The position numbers and the translations under genes were made by a program. The notes beneath the pieces were generated by a model. It was not told where the DNA came from. It saw nothing but the letters and a program-made list of their open reading frames with translations, and searched no databases. A stretch of DNA of 64,000 nucleotides from Nitrospirota bacterium (GTDB lineage Bacteria; Nitrospirota; UBA9217): assembly GCA_963840455.1 (NCBI GenBank), contig CAWIYV010000011.1, positions 352,001-416,000 of the forward strand, given 5' to 3'. This document shows, in pieces, positions 21,399 through 31,262 of this stretch. The first letter of the stretch is position 1, and every line of letters begins with the position of its first letter.

Positions 21399-22221
21399 GA
21401 TTAAATGCCCCTTTCGCGAGTTCAAACTCACTTATTGGCAGGTCAGAAAGTCTTGATAAGTTCAGATTCGTTAAAATTCGTTTGCACCAAAGAAGGCGAC
21501 GAAGAGCTGCCAGAGAGTCACCTTGCGGGTAGCCACTCTGTTCGTCAATAACACCACAAGCCTTTTTTATAGGAATATAAGGTTCAACTGACTTAATGAG
21601 TGGAATTTCCCGACAGAGTGTTTCATCAATAATCGAATTTTGCCGATTAATAAGATTTGTCTCCTTATCGAATATCCAAGCGAGATTAGATGTAAACTGA
21701 TTCTTTAATTGCTGATCAGTAAGTATCTTCCATTCCACTTTACGGCATTCCCAGAATCGGCGTTCTATCTCGAGTTTCTCGAGTGTGCGTTTATCACTCA
21801 GACTTTCAGCTTGCTTGACAGTCCGAGCGATCAGCTCTGTCCCGTTTTTTGTCTTTACGGTAAGGAGGAAATCAATGGTTAATACCCAGAGAGCTCCGCT
21901 TAGTGGGTCAACTGGATATTTAACACCACAGCGTGCAGCTATTTCTACTGTTTCTCGCCGATCAAGAAGCGGGTACTGTTCACGTATGTCGATGACCCTA
22001 TCATCCCATTCAAAGAGAAGAAATGCATAATACTCATTGTCAGAAAGGAGGTGATGTTGCCTGCTTGCCTTAATGCCAAATGGTCGATGCACGCGGCCTA
22101 ACGAAGGGACATCGGAAACCTTATGCCAAGGTTTGTAGTTCGGACCATCCCCTTTGCCTCGACCTTCCCGGATAAAGCGACGAATGCGCGCTTCAGTCAT
22201 ACTGTATTTTTTTCTCGCCAT
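21388..22221 (-). CDS. tnsA: TnsA endonuclease
   Basis: EGRGKG.GPNYKPW, HHLLSDNE, DIREQYPLL, TIDFLLT, EKLEIERRFW. Confidence 0.95.
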   Translation of the reverse strand: MARKKYSMTEARIRRFIREGRGKGDGPNYKPWHKVSDVPSLGRVHRPFGIKASRQHHLLSDNEYYAFLLFEWDDRVIDIREQYPLLDRRETVEIAARCGVKYPVDPLSGALWVLTIDFLLTVKTKNGTELIARTVKQAESLSDKRTLEKLEIERRFWECRKVEWKILTDQQLKNQFTSNLAWIFDKETNLINRQNSIIDETLCREIPLIKSVEPYIPIKKACGVIDEQSGYPQGDSLAALRRLLWCKRILTNLNLSRLSDLPISEFELAKGAFNHEG

Positions 22222-22235
22222 GGTGTCTCCTTAAA

Positions 22236-22466
22236 TTATGAGGATTCATTGCATTTTTTCAGGCATTTTGTTAGTGCTTTCATGGCTGCTAAATCGGATG
22301 GTCTGTTAAAACTTATGTCCGCTGCTAAAACACTACGAGTATGCGAATCAACAAGCGTTAACAGCCATGGCCTGCCGAGCTGACCATTATCAGAGACTAG
22401 TTGAATATCGATTCTCGATACATCCAGCAGTAGTTTCCGATCCTGTTTGTTTGTAAGCAAGCTCAT
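22236..22466 (-). CDS. Mini TnsB-core-like protein (76 aa)
   Basis: LDVSRIDIQLVS...GRPWLLTLVDSHTRSV...SFNRPS..AAMKAL aligns with TnsB VDATIADIYLVS...GRPVIYFVIDVFSRLI...GFEGPS..GAMMAL; has its own G-rich RBS. Confidence 0.65.
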   Translation of the reverse strand: MSLLTNKQDRKLLLDVSRIDIQLVSDNGQLGRPWLLTLVDSHTRSVLAADISFNRPSDLAAMKALTKCLKKCNESS

Positions 22467-22487
22467 CACCCCCCCTTGATAATATGC

Positions 22488-22690
22488 AATTACATACATA
22501 ATTTACATATAATACATACTATTTGTCAACATAAAACATATTTACATGCTTATTAAATTATAACATATTGATTTAATTATTATTTTCTTTATTCTGATTG
22601 CTTATGAAGGACTGATCTTTGACGTTTAAAAGTGTATGAAATCCAATAATAGGTGTTTAATACATATTGTTTACATAGATATTTACACAG
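22488..22690. promoter_or_regulatory. Divergent promoter region with repeated ACATA...ATTTACA motifs
   Basis: Similar motifs at ~22490-22509, ~22529-22547 and ~22671-22689; minus-strand TTGACA at 22524-22529. Confidence 0.5.
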
Positions 22691-22700
22691 AAGAGAAACT

Positions 22701-23453
22701 ATGCTATCGTTGCGTATGCTTAAGACCGCAAGACTATTTTATGGTTATACTCAAGAAGAGCTGGCACAAAAAATTGGCAAATCTCAGCGGTATTACACCC
22801 AGATCGAGAATGGACCATCCAAATCAGCTCCTCTCATTAAGAAGCTTTCAAGTATTCTTCAGATGAAGGAATCTTACTTGGGGTCCTCTGCTGAATACAT
22901 CGAATACCCATTTGTGGCCGATTTTTACCTGTTTTGTTTAACTGAAAAAGAGCTATATGATTTGTATAGAAAGATAGTGGAAGATATATGTTCGAAATCT
23001 GAGTTTGTAGACGTTCTTTTTCTGCTGGTCAGGCCTTCTTTGATTGGCGTAATGCCAAGGCTTGGCGGATATCCCGTAATTTACGTTGCCATCCGGGATG
23101 ACAGGGATACGATCTTTCTTTTTAGGAGAAAGCTGAAAACAAGAAGGTATGCTCTGGCGACTTCCGGAAGAAGCAGCGAAATAGCGGAAGATGCTGTCAA
23201 CATGGATGGTTCAAAGAAGCTGAGTAGTAGACAAGTCGAAGTCAAGACATTCTTTAGGTCTGATACCTTTCGAGATATGTTGCAGTCGATAAAAGGAACT
23301 TATGTTTGTGAAATGACTAGAATGGTTACTGAGGATCTTTACCGGCGTATTGAGGAGGGATCTGTTACGCGGGAAGATATAGTCAAGTTATTCCCAAGCG
23401 TCGACTATTTCGAGAGCATGTACCGAGCACATACCAAGATAAAGAATAGATGA
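22701..23453 (+). CDS. Xre/Cro-C1 HTH regulator with long C-terminal domain
   Basis: LKTARLFYGYTQEELAQKIGKSQRYYTQIENG; divergent from the tns operon. Confidence 0.75.
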   Translation: MLSLRMLKTARLFYGYTQEELAQKIGKSQRYYTQIENGPSKSAPLIKKLSSILQMKESYLGSSAEYIEYPFVADFYLFCLTEKELYDLYRKIVEDICSKSEFVDVLFLLVRPSLIGVMPRLGGYPVIYVAIRDDRDTIFLFRRKLKTRRYALATSGRSSEIAEDAVNMDGSKKLSSRQVEVKTFFRSDTFRDMLQSIKGTYVCEMTRMVTEDLYRRIEEGSVTREDIVKLFPSVDYFESMYRAHTKIKNR

Positions 23454-23617
23454 TCCCCTGTTCAGATGAGGACGAATGAGTGTATTCCCAATCCTCTTTC
23501 CTCTGATCCCTCCTGCCACCGGAGTACTGTCGCAAATGAGCTCTCAAGAAAAGACTCAAGAAGGTGCAACTTTTCTTGTTTTTTTTACCAGCCTAGTTTA
23601 TCCTCGACTTGAGTAGT

Positions 23618-23737
23618 ATGAACAATTTTTCTGAACAAGTAAGCTTCATCTGGTTCGTGGCTAATCTTATCAGAGGACTATACAAACCGAATCAGTACAG
23701 GGATGCAAAAGAAGAGATAGTCGAGACACAATTCTAG
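23618..23737 (+). pseudogene. N-terminal remnant of a second type I HsdM
   Basis: Manual translation MNNFSEQVSFIWFVANLIRGLYKPNQY resembles HsdM N-termini. Confidence 0.55.
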
Positions 23738-23767
23738 CCTATTAGCAACAATGTGATTTGAGGCTCT

Positions 23768-26476
23768 ATGGTCAAAAGGCAGGCACCTTCTCCCGACAAT
23801 TCTGAATTTCTGACTCGCCGCAAGTTGATCGACCCTAAACTTAACGCGGCCGGGTGGAAAGTCTTGCCTTTTGACTCTTCTCTCTCTCTTGAAAATTCCA
23901 ATAATTGTGCCATTTCTGAATACCCAACAGACAAGGGTCCCGCGGATTATGCACTTTGCGTTGATGGCAAGATTTCAGGATGATCGAGAGCAAGAGATTT
24001 TCTCTCGGTCCGCGGAATATTATGACTACAGGCTGAACGATGTTCTCACGGCGCTACTCAAATCCCTTCAATTTCCCAATAGGTTCCATGTTTCCTTTTT
24101 CTACTTTCTCAAACTCCATCGGTCTGGCATAGTGACGTCCAGCATATCGTTGAATCATTCTCAGCAGTGGACCCATCGTCACCTCCATCTGCTCTACAGG
24201 AGACTTCGAAGCGAATTTTCAACTCGGACCTGTTCACACTTCCGAAGCTCTCGATGGACAACAGCTTCCTACGGCCCTATCAAGTCCATGCAATTCGGCC
24301 ATCGAAAGGCCATCAAAAGTCAAAACAGCCGAGAATGCTCGTGGCCATCGCTCTGAGTACGGGAGAAACCTTTACCTGGTGGATGGGGATTAATTTTGAT
24401 GAAGAATCCGGGTGCTGCCAAGAGGATTCGATTCCTGGCAGATCGGCGTGTCATTGGCGGCCCAGGCAGTCCGTTCATTTGCATCCTTCGAAGCCGAACC
24501 AGGGCTCCAAGTTCGATAGCATTTACGAGGTGTACAGTCAGCGGTTTCAGACTGGGGATTTTGATGAAAGGTGAGAAGTTCGATCCCAAGGTGTTGCCTA
24601 ATAGCTATCTGACCGATCCACAGCCAGGTCATGCCTTTGTATATGTGTCCACGATCCAGCGCATGACCATCAACCTCTTTGGAAGCGGGGGTACATTCGG
24701 AGATGAAGAGGAAAAAGACGACGAAGCATCACAGATAGAGATCCCAAATCATGCGTTTGACGTAATCATTGCAGATGAATGTCACCGAGGATATACCGCT
24801 CAACAGGTAGCTGTCTGGCGCGATACATTGGACCACTTCGATGCCATCAAGATCGGCCTGACAGCCACACCCGCCGCACATACGACGACTTATTTCCGAG
24901 ATGTCGTTTATCGTTATGAATACGATGGCTGGGCCGTGCGCGAAGGCTACCTCGTTGACTACGATGCCGTGACAATTCGTTCTAATATCCGCATGGGTGG
25001 CGCCTTCCTCAAGGAAGGCGAACTCGTAGGTGTTGTTGACACGTCTACCGGCGCTGAACAAATGGACTATCTTGAAGATGAGCGTCAATACCAGACTTCA
25101 GATATAGAAGCTCGGGTCACGGTTCCAGATTCGAACCGTAAAATACTGCAAGAGCTCAAGAAGTACACGGACGAGCATGAGGCCACCTATGGCCGCTTTC
25201 CAAAAACGTTAATCTTCGCGGCAAATGACCTACAGCATACCTCTCACGCTGATCAGCTTGTGGAGACTGCGCGTACCATCTTTGGTCGTGGCGAAGCGTT
25301 CGCTACCAAGATCACCGGAATGGTTGACCGTCCACTTCAGCGTATCCGTGAGTTCCGAAATAGGCCGCAGCCCTGCATTGCTGTCACCGTGGACCTTCTT
25401 TCAACAGGGGTAGATATCCCGGATCCGAGTTTATCGTCCTTCTTCGGCCGGTTAAGTCCAGAATACTATTTGAGCAGATGCTCGGCCGGGGCACAAGGAA
25501 GGGTGTTGCCTATCCGGATAAATCGCATTTCACCGTGTTCGATTGTTTCGATGGTACTCTGCTCGACTACTTCCGGAATTCGACATCCATAACAGCAGCC
25601 TTGCCGGCTCCCAAAACCCGCTCCATCATCGATATCATCGATGACATCTGGCAAAACAAGGACAGGGAGTATAATACTCGCTGTCGTCAAGCGCCTGCAG
25701 CGAATCGAAAAGGAAATGTCCGCAAAAGCTAGATATGATTTTGCCGCCTTTATTCCTGAAGGCGATATGGGGCGTTTTGCTGAGGCGTTGACCGGAAACC
25801 AACAAGCAATTTGCCGAAACTATGAATATCCTTCGCAATCCTGTATTTCAGGATCTCCTCATTAATTATCGACGTGCGGAGAGAACGTTCGTTAAAGGGT
25901 ACGAAGCTCAGGATGTGGTTACGAGTGATCGCCTGATTCACGCCCCTGGCGGCGTTAAATACAAACCGGAAGACTATTTGTCTGCATTCGCTCAATATAT
26001 AGTAGAGCATCGCGATGACAGACCAGGCTGTGCAGATACTTCTGAACCGTCCAAAAGATTGGAATGTTAGCGCTCTTGCAGAACTTCGGCAGAAGCTAGC
26101 AGCAGCACCCATGCGTTTCAGCGAAAAGGATCTACAAAAGGCACATGCCATGACCTTTCATAAGGAGATGGTAGATATCATTTCCATGGTAAAGCATGCC
26201 GCAAAAGCGGAAGAGAGCCTATACACATCCCATGAACGAGTAGAGCGGGCTCTCATGCGGATAACCGGCAAGCAAACCTTTACCTCTGATCAGCTGGTAT
26301 GGTTAGAACGAATACGTATCCATTTGGAACAGAACCTCTCGATTGATAAGATAGATTTTGACGATCAGCCGACTTTTTCTGGATATGGCGGCTGGAGCAA
26401 GGCAAATCGAATATTTAACGACAAACTTGGAGCAATGCTGACCAAGATTACGAAGCTGTTGCTGCATAAGGATTAA
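23768..26476 (+). pseudogene. hsdR: Type I restriction subunit R, multiply frameshifted
   Basis: Collinear fragments: TRRKLIDPKL..GW..ADYAL, LRPYQ, IADECHRG, GLTATP, MLGRGTR and an EcoEI-R-like C-terminus. Confidence 0.85.
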
Positions 26477-26478
26477 CA

Positions 26479-27933
26479 ATGAGTGATATCGTCAACAAGC
26501 TCTGGGGTTTCTGCCATACACTGCGCCACGATGGCATCGATTACGGCGATTACATCGAACAGCTTACTTACCTGTTGTTCCTGAAAATGGCTGATGAGCG
26601 CGATATTAACCTTTCCAAAACAGTCTGGATCAATGAAAAGGGTAAAAAAGTCATAACTGATTGCGGATGGCCGGCCTTGCGAGATAAGTCCGGAACAGCC
26701 TTGACCGATCATTTTGTCGATGTTCTCCGTGCTCTTGGTAAGCAGACAGGAATGCTGGGCGACATTTTCAGTCAATCCATGTCTCGTTTCAATAATCCAG
26801 TAAATCTCAAAAAATTGATCGGAATGATCGATGATGAAGAATGGTCTTCCATGGATGTGGACATAAAAGGGGCAGCGTTCGAGGGCCTTCTTGAAAGAGC
26901 GGCAAGCGAGGGAAAGAAGGGGGCGGGACAATACTTTACGCCACGTGTCCTCATTCAATCAATCGTACGTGTCATGAAGCCCGATCCGCGAGGAAAGTCG
27001 GATTTCAAAATCAGTGATCCTGCCTGTGGAACTGGAGGATTTCTCGTCGTTTCCTATGAGTGGCTTGTCGAAGCGTCTAAGGGTGTTTTTGATCGGAGCG
27101 AGGCGAAGCGCATACGAAGCAAAACGTACTTCGGCCAGGACCTTGTGCCTCGTCCCCGCAGACTTGCACTAATGAATCTCTTTCTACACGGAGTCGAGCC
27201 ACACATCTATCTGGGTGATACGATCTATACACCACCTCGCGCTGAGCGATATGACGTGATCCTCACAAATCCGCCCTTCGGCACCAAAGGTGCGAACCAG
27301 GCACCTGACAGAGAAGACTTCACCATTGAAACGAGTAACAAGCAGCTCAACTTCGTTCAACATGTCATGAACATTCTTAAACCCGGTGGTCGCGCAGCAA
27401 TAGTGTTGCCGGACAACTGTCTCTTTGAAGATAAAGCGGGCGAGGTCTTTGAAATCTTGATGAAGGACTGCAACTTACACACGGTCCTGCGTCTGCCGCG
27501 TGGTACGTTCACACCTTACAGCCAGGGAGTGAAGGCAAACGTCATCTTCTTCCAAAAAGGATTACCCACGGAAGATACCTGGATATTTGACGCTCGCTCC
27601 AATGTGCCAGGCATTACAAAGAAAGACCGTCCGCTTTCGCCACTTCACTTTGCGGAGTTTGAGAAGTGCTATGGCAAAGACCCAAATGGACGGAGTAAAA
27701 GGATCGACCTCGGGGAAGAAGGTCGGTTCCGGAAGTTCTCTATATATGACATCAAAAAGCGTGATTACAAGCTCGATGTTACCTGGCTTAAGGATGAATC
27801 GCTTGACGACAGTGACGAATTGCCAGAGCCTCAGGAATTGGCGGAAGAAGCAATAACGGAACTTGAAGCGATTGTTGACGATTTGCGAGTAATCGTGACG
27901 TTGACGGAAAAGGAAGAGGGCGTGAAGAAATGA
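26479..27933 (+). CDS. hsdM: Type I RM methyltransferase subunit
   Basis: GAGQYFTPR, DPACGTGGF, NPPF. Confidence 0.95.
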   Translation: MSDIVNKLWGFCHTLRHDGIDYGDYIEQLTYLLFLKMADERDINLSKTVWINEKGKKVITDCGWPALRDKSGTALTDHFVDVLRALGKQTGMLGDIFSQSMSRFNNPVNLKKLIGMIDDEEWSSMDVDIKGAAFEGLLERAASEGKKGAGQYFTPRVLIQSIVRVMKPDPRGKSDFKISDPACGTGGFLVVSYEWLVEASKGVFDRSEAKRIRSKTYFGQDLVPRPRRLALMNLFLHGVEPHIYLGDTIYTPPRAERYDVILTNPPFGTKGANQAPDREDFTIETSNKQLNFVQHVMNILKPGGRAAIVLPDNCLFEDKAGEVFEILMKDCNLHTVLRLPRGTFTPYSQGVKANVIFFQKGLPTEDTWIFDARSNVPGITKKDRPLSPLHFAEFEKCYGKDPNGRSKRIDLGEEGRFRKFSIYDIKKRDYKLDVTWLKDESLDDSDELPEPQELAEEAITELEAIVDDLRVIVTLTEKEEGVKK

Positions 27934-29312
27934 TTGATGATCTTCCTAAAGGCTGGGCTAGCGCCAAAATCGAGCAGCTTTTCGATTTCAAATACGGCAA
28001 GGGGCTCCCGCAGGAGAAACGTAATATAAATGGTGCGGTCAAAGTGTTTGGCTCCAATGGCGTAGTGGGTGTTCACACACACGCGGTTACGAATGGGCCA
28101 ACGATAATCGTTGGCCGGAAGGGCTCGGTGGGCGAAGTTCACTTGTCATCTGAAAAGTGCTGGCCTATCGATACTACATATTATATTGATGCATTTCCTG
28201 CAGAAATGTCTCCAAATTATTGGACACTTTTCCTTAGGTCACTTCGACTCGGTCAGCAGGAAAAGTCTTCTGCAATCCCTGGTATTAGCCGTAGTGACAT
28301 TTATGACATCTATGTGCCGATTCCCCCGCTGAGTGAGCAGCGTCGTATCGAGGCAAAACTGGCGGAGATTCTTGAAAAAGGCGGTGACTGCCAAAAACGG
28401 CTGGAAAAAATTCCGGCAATTCTTAAACGCTTTCGCAAATCTGTCCTTGCCTCTGCTTGCTCGGGCCGTCTTACGGCAGATTGGCGAGATAAGAATCCGT
28501 ACGTAAAGCCATACTCAATTAAGGGACAGCAAGATAGTTCGGAGGTACGCGACGACGAGGCGATCGATCCCTCAAGTTGGCGGATAACGCAACTTGGCAT
28601 TTTGACCACACTGATAACGAGTGGTTCTCGCGGGTGGGCGAAGTACTATTCTAAATCGGGTTCTATGTTCATTCGAGCGCAGAACATAAACTCCGACGTT
28701 CTCAATTTGGATGATATTGCCTTTGTTAAGCTACCTGCCCGCACAGAAGGATTGAGGACTAAAATCCAAAAGCACGATCTCCTCGTTACGATTAGTGGCG
28801 CTAACGTCACCAAGTCCGCACTCGTTGAAGAGTCGCCAAAGGATGCTTACGTGAGCCAACATGTGGCTTTAGTTCGGCTTTCCGATGTGCGTCTGAGCAA
28901 GCTCATCTATTTTTCGATCATTAGCCCTGCACACGGAAGGAAACAGCTACTTGCTGCTACTTATGGGCAAGGTAAACCCGGACTTAATTTAGACAACATT
29001 CGTGAAATGATTGTTTCAATTCCTCCTCTCAATGAACAACAGGAAATCGTCCGACGAGTAAACGAAATGTTTGCGTTAGCCGACCAAATCGAGGCCCGCT
29101 ATGCAAAGTCCAAAGCATATGTGGACAAAATCTCTCAATCAATTCTCGCGAAAGCTTTTCGTGGTGAACTTGTACCGCAGGATCCGAATGATGAACCCGC
29201 ACATATTCTGCTGCAACGCATTCATACAATAAAAAATAGCCTTCATAACCTCTCTCCAAAGCGATCTGCGAAAAAAGGCCGTAAGCCAGCCAAGCGTTTC
29301 CAGATTTCTTAA
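27930..29312 (+). CDS. hsdS: Type I RM specificity subunit
   Basis: Two target-recognition domains with PPLSEQRRI and PPLNEQQEIV repeats; AFRGELVPQDP. Confidence 0.95.
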   Translation: MIDDLPKGWASAKIEQLFDFKYGKGLPQEKRNINGAVKVFGSNGVVGVHTHAVTNGPTIIVGRKGSVGEVHLSSEKCWPIDTTYYIDAFPAEMSPNYWTLFLRSLRLGQQEKSSAIPGISRSDIYDIYVPIPPLSEQRRIEAKLAEILEKGGDCQKRLEKIPAILKRFRKSVLASACSGRLTADWRDKNPYVKPYSIKGQQDSSEVRDDEAIDPSSWRITQLGILTTLITSGSRGWAKYYSKSGSMFIRAQNINSDVLNLDDIAFVKLPARTEGLRTKIQKHDLLVTISGANVTKSALVEESPKDAYVSQHVALVRLSDVRLSKLIYFSIISPAHGRKQLLAATYGQGKPGLNLDNIREMIVSIPPLNEQQEIVRRVNEMFALADQIEARYAKSKAYVDKISQSILAKAFRGELVPQDPNDEPAHILLQRIHTIKNSLHNLSPKRSAKKGRKPAKRFQIS

Positions 29313-29659
29313 TATTATTACCGGCCCCCCCCCAAACGCCACAATCACAAGAGCATCAACAATATCTAATAACAGGAATGGCCACCATGTTGTTGATTAA
29401 TATCATTTTTAACCCTTATTTTCAGCCAGTTACAAACTAAAACATTTTTCAACCGCGCCATTCAAGGATGAAATCCATGCATACCCACGAAGATCCCGTG
29501 AATACTGACTAAATATGGAGTCAAAATACACTTGACTCCACTATATATAGTGATATATTCAGCGTGATGGATTTATTCTTGTGGTTTGATCATTTTCAGC
29601 GCTGAACACGAACATTGGATAATAGCTGCAAAGGCAGACCCTATATATCACGATATGCC

Positions 29660-29739
29660 TTACGCATGCTGCGTAAAAAGTCCTTGACTCGAGGGACTTG
29701 AACTGGTATTGTAAGGATGGGATTACGCATATTGCGTAA
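29660..29739 (+). promoter_or_regulatory. Sigma70 promoter bracketed by two TTACGCA-N3-TGCGTAA operators
   Basis: Palindromes at 29660-29676 and 29723-29739; TTGACT (29684), 17 nt spacer, TATTGT (29707). Confidence 0.75.
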
Positions 29740-29752
29740 AAGGAGGTGTGCG

Positions 29753-30127
29753 ATGAAGTTCGGTCAGCTCTTGAAAAAGGCCCGGACTGGGGAGAAAAAA
29801 ACATTAAGGGAGGTTGCTGCCGCATCTGGACTTTCAATCAGTTTGGTATCAGACATAGAGCATGGCAGAAGAAGCGTATCCTCGTTGGAGGTTGTTGGGA
29901 AGATCGAAAAGTTCCTGAATATAACAGATGGATCTTTAGCAAAAGCAGCTCAGAAGGAAAAGAGTCTCGATGTGCCACCCGACGCAAAGGAGCTATTTTG
30001 GAAACGGGGACCTGAACTGAGCATGGCACTCTTGAGAGCATCAACCGAACTTTCAGAAGAGGCGATACACAAGCTTATCGATGAAATGCAGAAGAATGCT
30101 CAGCAGGCACAGGCAGAGGAGGATTAG
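29753..30127 (+). CDS. Xre-family HTH repressor (ImmR/CapH-like)
   Basis: FGQLLKKAR...TLREVA..SGLSISLVSDIEHGRR; AGGAGG RBS. Confidence 0.85.
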   Translation: MKFGQLLKKARTGEKKTLREVAAASGLSISLVSDIEHGRRSVSSLEVVGKIEKFLNITDGSLAKAAQKEKSLDVPPDAKELFWKRGPELSMALLRASTELSEEAIHKLIDEMQKNAQQAQAEED

Positions 30128-30130
30128 TTG

Positions 30131-30727
30131 ATGTCGGTCTCGGAACTTGCTTTCCCCGCGATGCGTGGATCTCGAATAGACAACCTTGCATTGGATCTCA
30201 TAAGAACGATCCAGCCGGACGTCCTCGCGGGAAAGTGTTTTTTTGACGTAGAGCGATTCGTGGATGTGCACCTTGAGGAGATGACAGGCATTACACCAGA
30301 CTATAGGCGTGGACTTCCCGATGGTATTTATGGATACACGCACACAGCGGAAAATAGCATGGTGATCAATTCAGACCTTCTCGAAAACCCCTTCGGCGAC
30401 AACGAACGATTTTATCGATCAACAGTAGCGCATGAGGTAGGACACTGCATCTTACACGTTCCAATATTACGACGGCAAAAGAGAGATAAGATTTTTACAG
30501 AGAACAAGAAAGAGGAAAAGGTTGCACTCTACCGTAAGACCCATTTTCCACTGTATCAGAATCCTGAGTGGCAGGCATGGCGCTTTGCGGGGGCTCTATT
30601 AATGCCCGAGGTTGTAATTAGATCATTGCGCGGCCAGGGAGCGAGTATACAGGAAGTCGCAACTCATTTTAATGTGAACGGGAGTTTTGTGGAGAGCAGA
30701 ATGAAAGCGTTAAAAATGACCACATAA
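30131..30727 (+). CDS. ImmA/IrrE-family metallopeptidase (CapP-like)
   Basis: RSTVAHEVGH (HExxH); EWQA..FAGALLMP. Confidence 0.9.
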   Translation: MSVSELAFPAMRGSRIDNLALDLIRTIQPDVLAGKCFFDVERFVDVHLEEMTGITPDYRRGLPDGIYGYTHTAENSMVINSDLLENPFGDNERFYRSTVAHEVGHCILHVPILRRQKRDKIFTENKKEEKVALYRKTHFPLYQNPEWQAWRFAGALLMPEVVIRSLRGQGASIQEVATHFNVNGSFVESRMKALKMTT

Positions 30728-31081
30728 AAAAAGCGTCAAGCCGTTGTTAGAGCAACGCTTGACGCTACCCCCTCTAGGGAACGAGGGGTGTCTTGACCCG
30801 GGTGGGCCAGACCACATAAGAAAGATACCATTCCTTTCGCCCACCTGTCAAGACCAATAATCTGTTTCCCAGAAAGCTGGTGATGGCCTTATGGCCAAAT
30901 CCGGATCCACGGTCGTATTCCGTCCGTGGATAATCGCTAAGGGTAGGCGCTACGCGTCCGCCTGCAGCAAGGGCTTTTCCCATTCAGGTACAGAAGAATC
31001 CTGATGGGACGGGGGAGGTCTGTGTCTCCCCCTATTCCAAGAAAGCTCGGCATTGGGAATGCTGAGCGATAGGAGATCACT

Positions 31082-31261
31082 ATGGCTAAAAATCCGCCCT
31101 ATGGAGACGGACACCGGCACGGAGCAGTAACAGGAAGGTCTCAAACGCTGAACACAAAGACCAATCTTTGGACGAAGCGCGATACTGAGACAGGTCGTTT
31201 TATCAACCAGAAGTCTGACCCGAAACCCTTCAAAGGGGTTCGGAAAGAAGGAGGCAAATAA
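31082..31261 (+). CDS. Small basic protein (59 aa; not in the ORF track)
   Basis: AGGAG RBS; MAKNPPYGDGHRHGAVTGRSQ...WTKRDTETGRF...KPFKGVRKE; stop 1 nt before the next ATG. Confidence 0.75.
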   Translation: MAKNPPYGDGHRHGAVTGRSQTLNTKTNLWTKRDTETGRFINQKSDPKPFKGVRKEGGK

Positions 31262-31262
31262 C

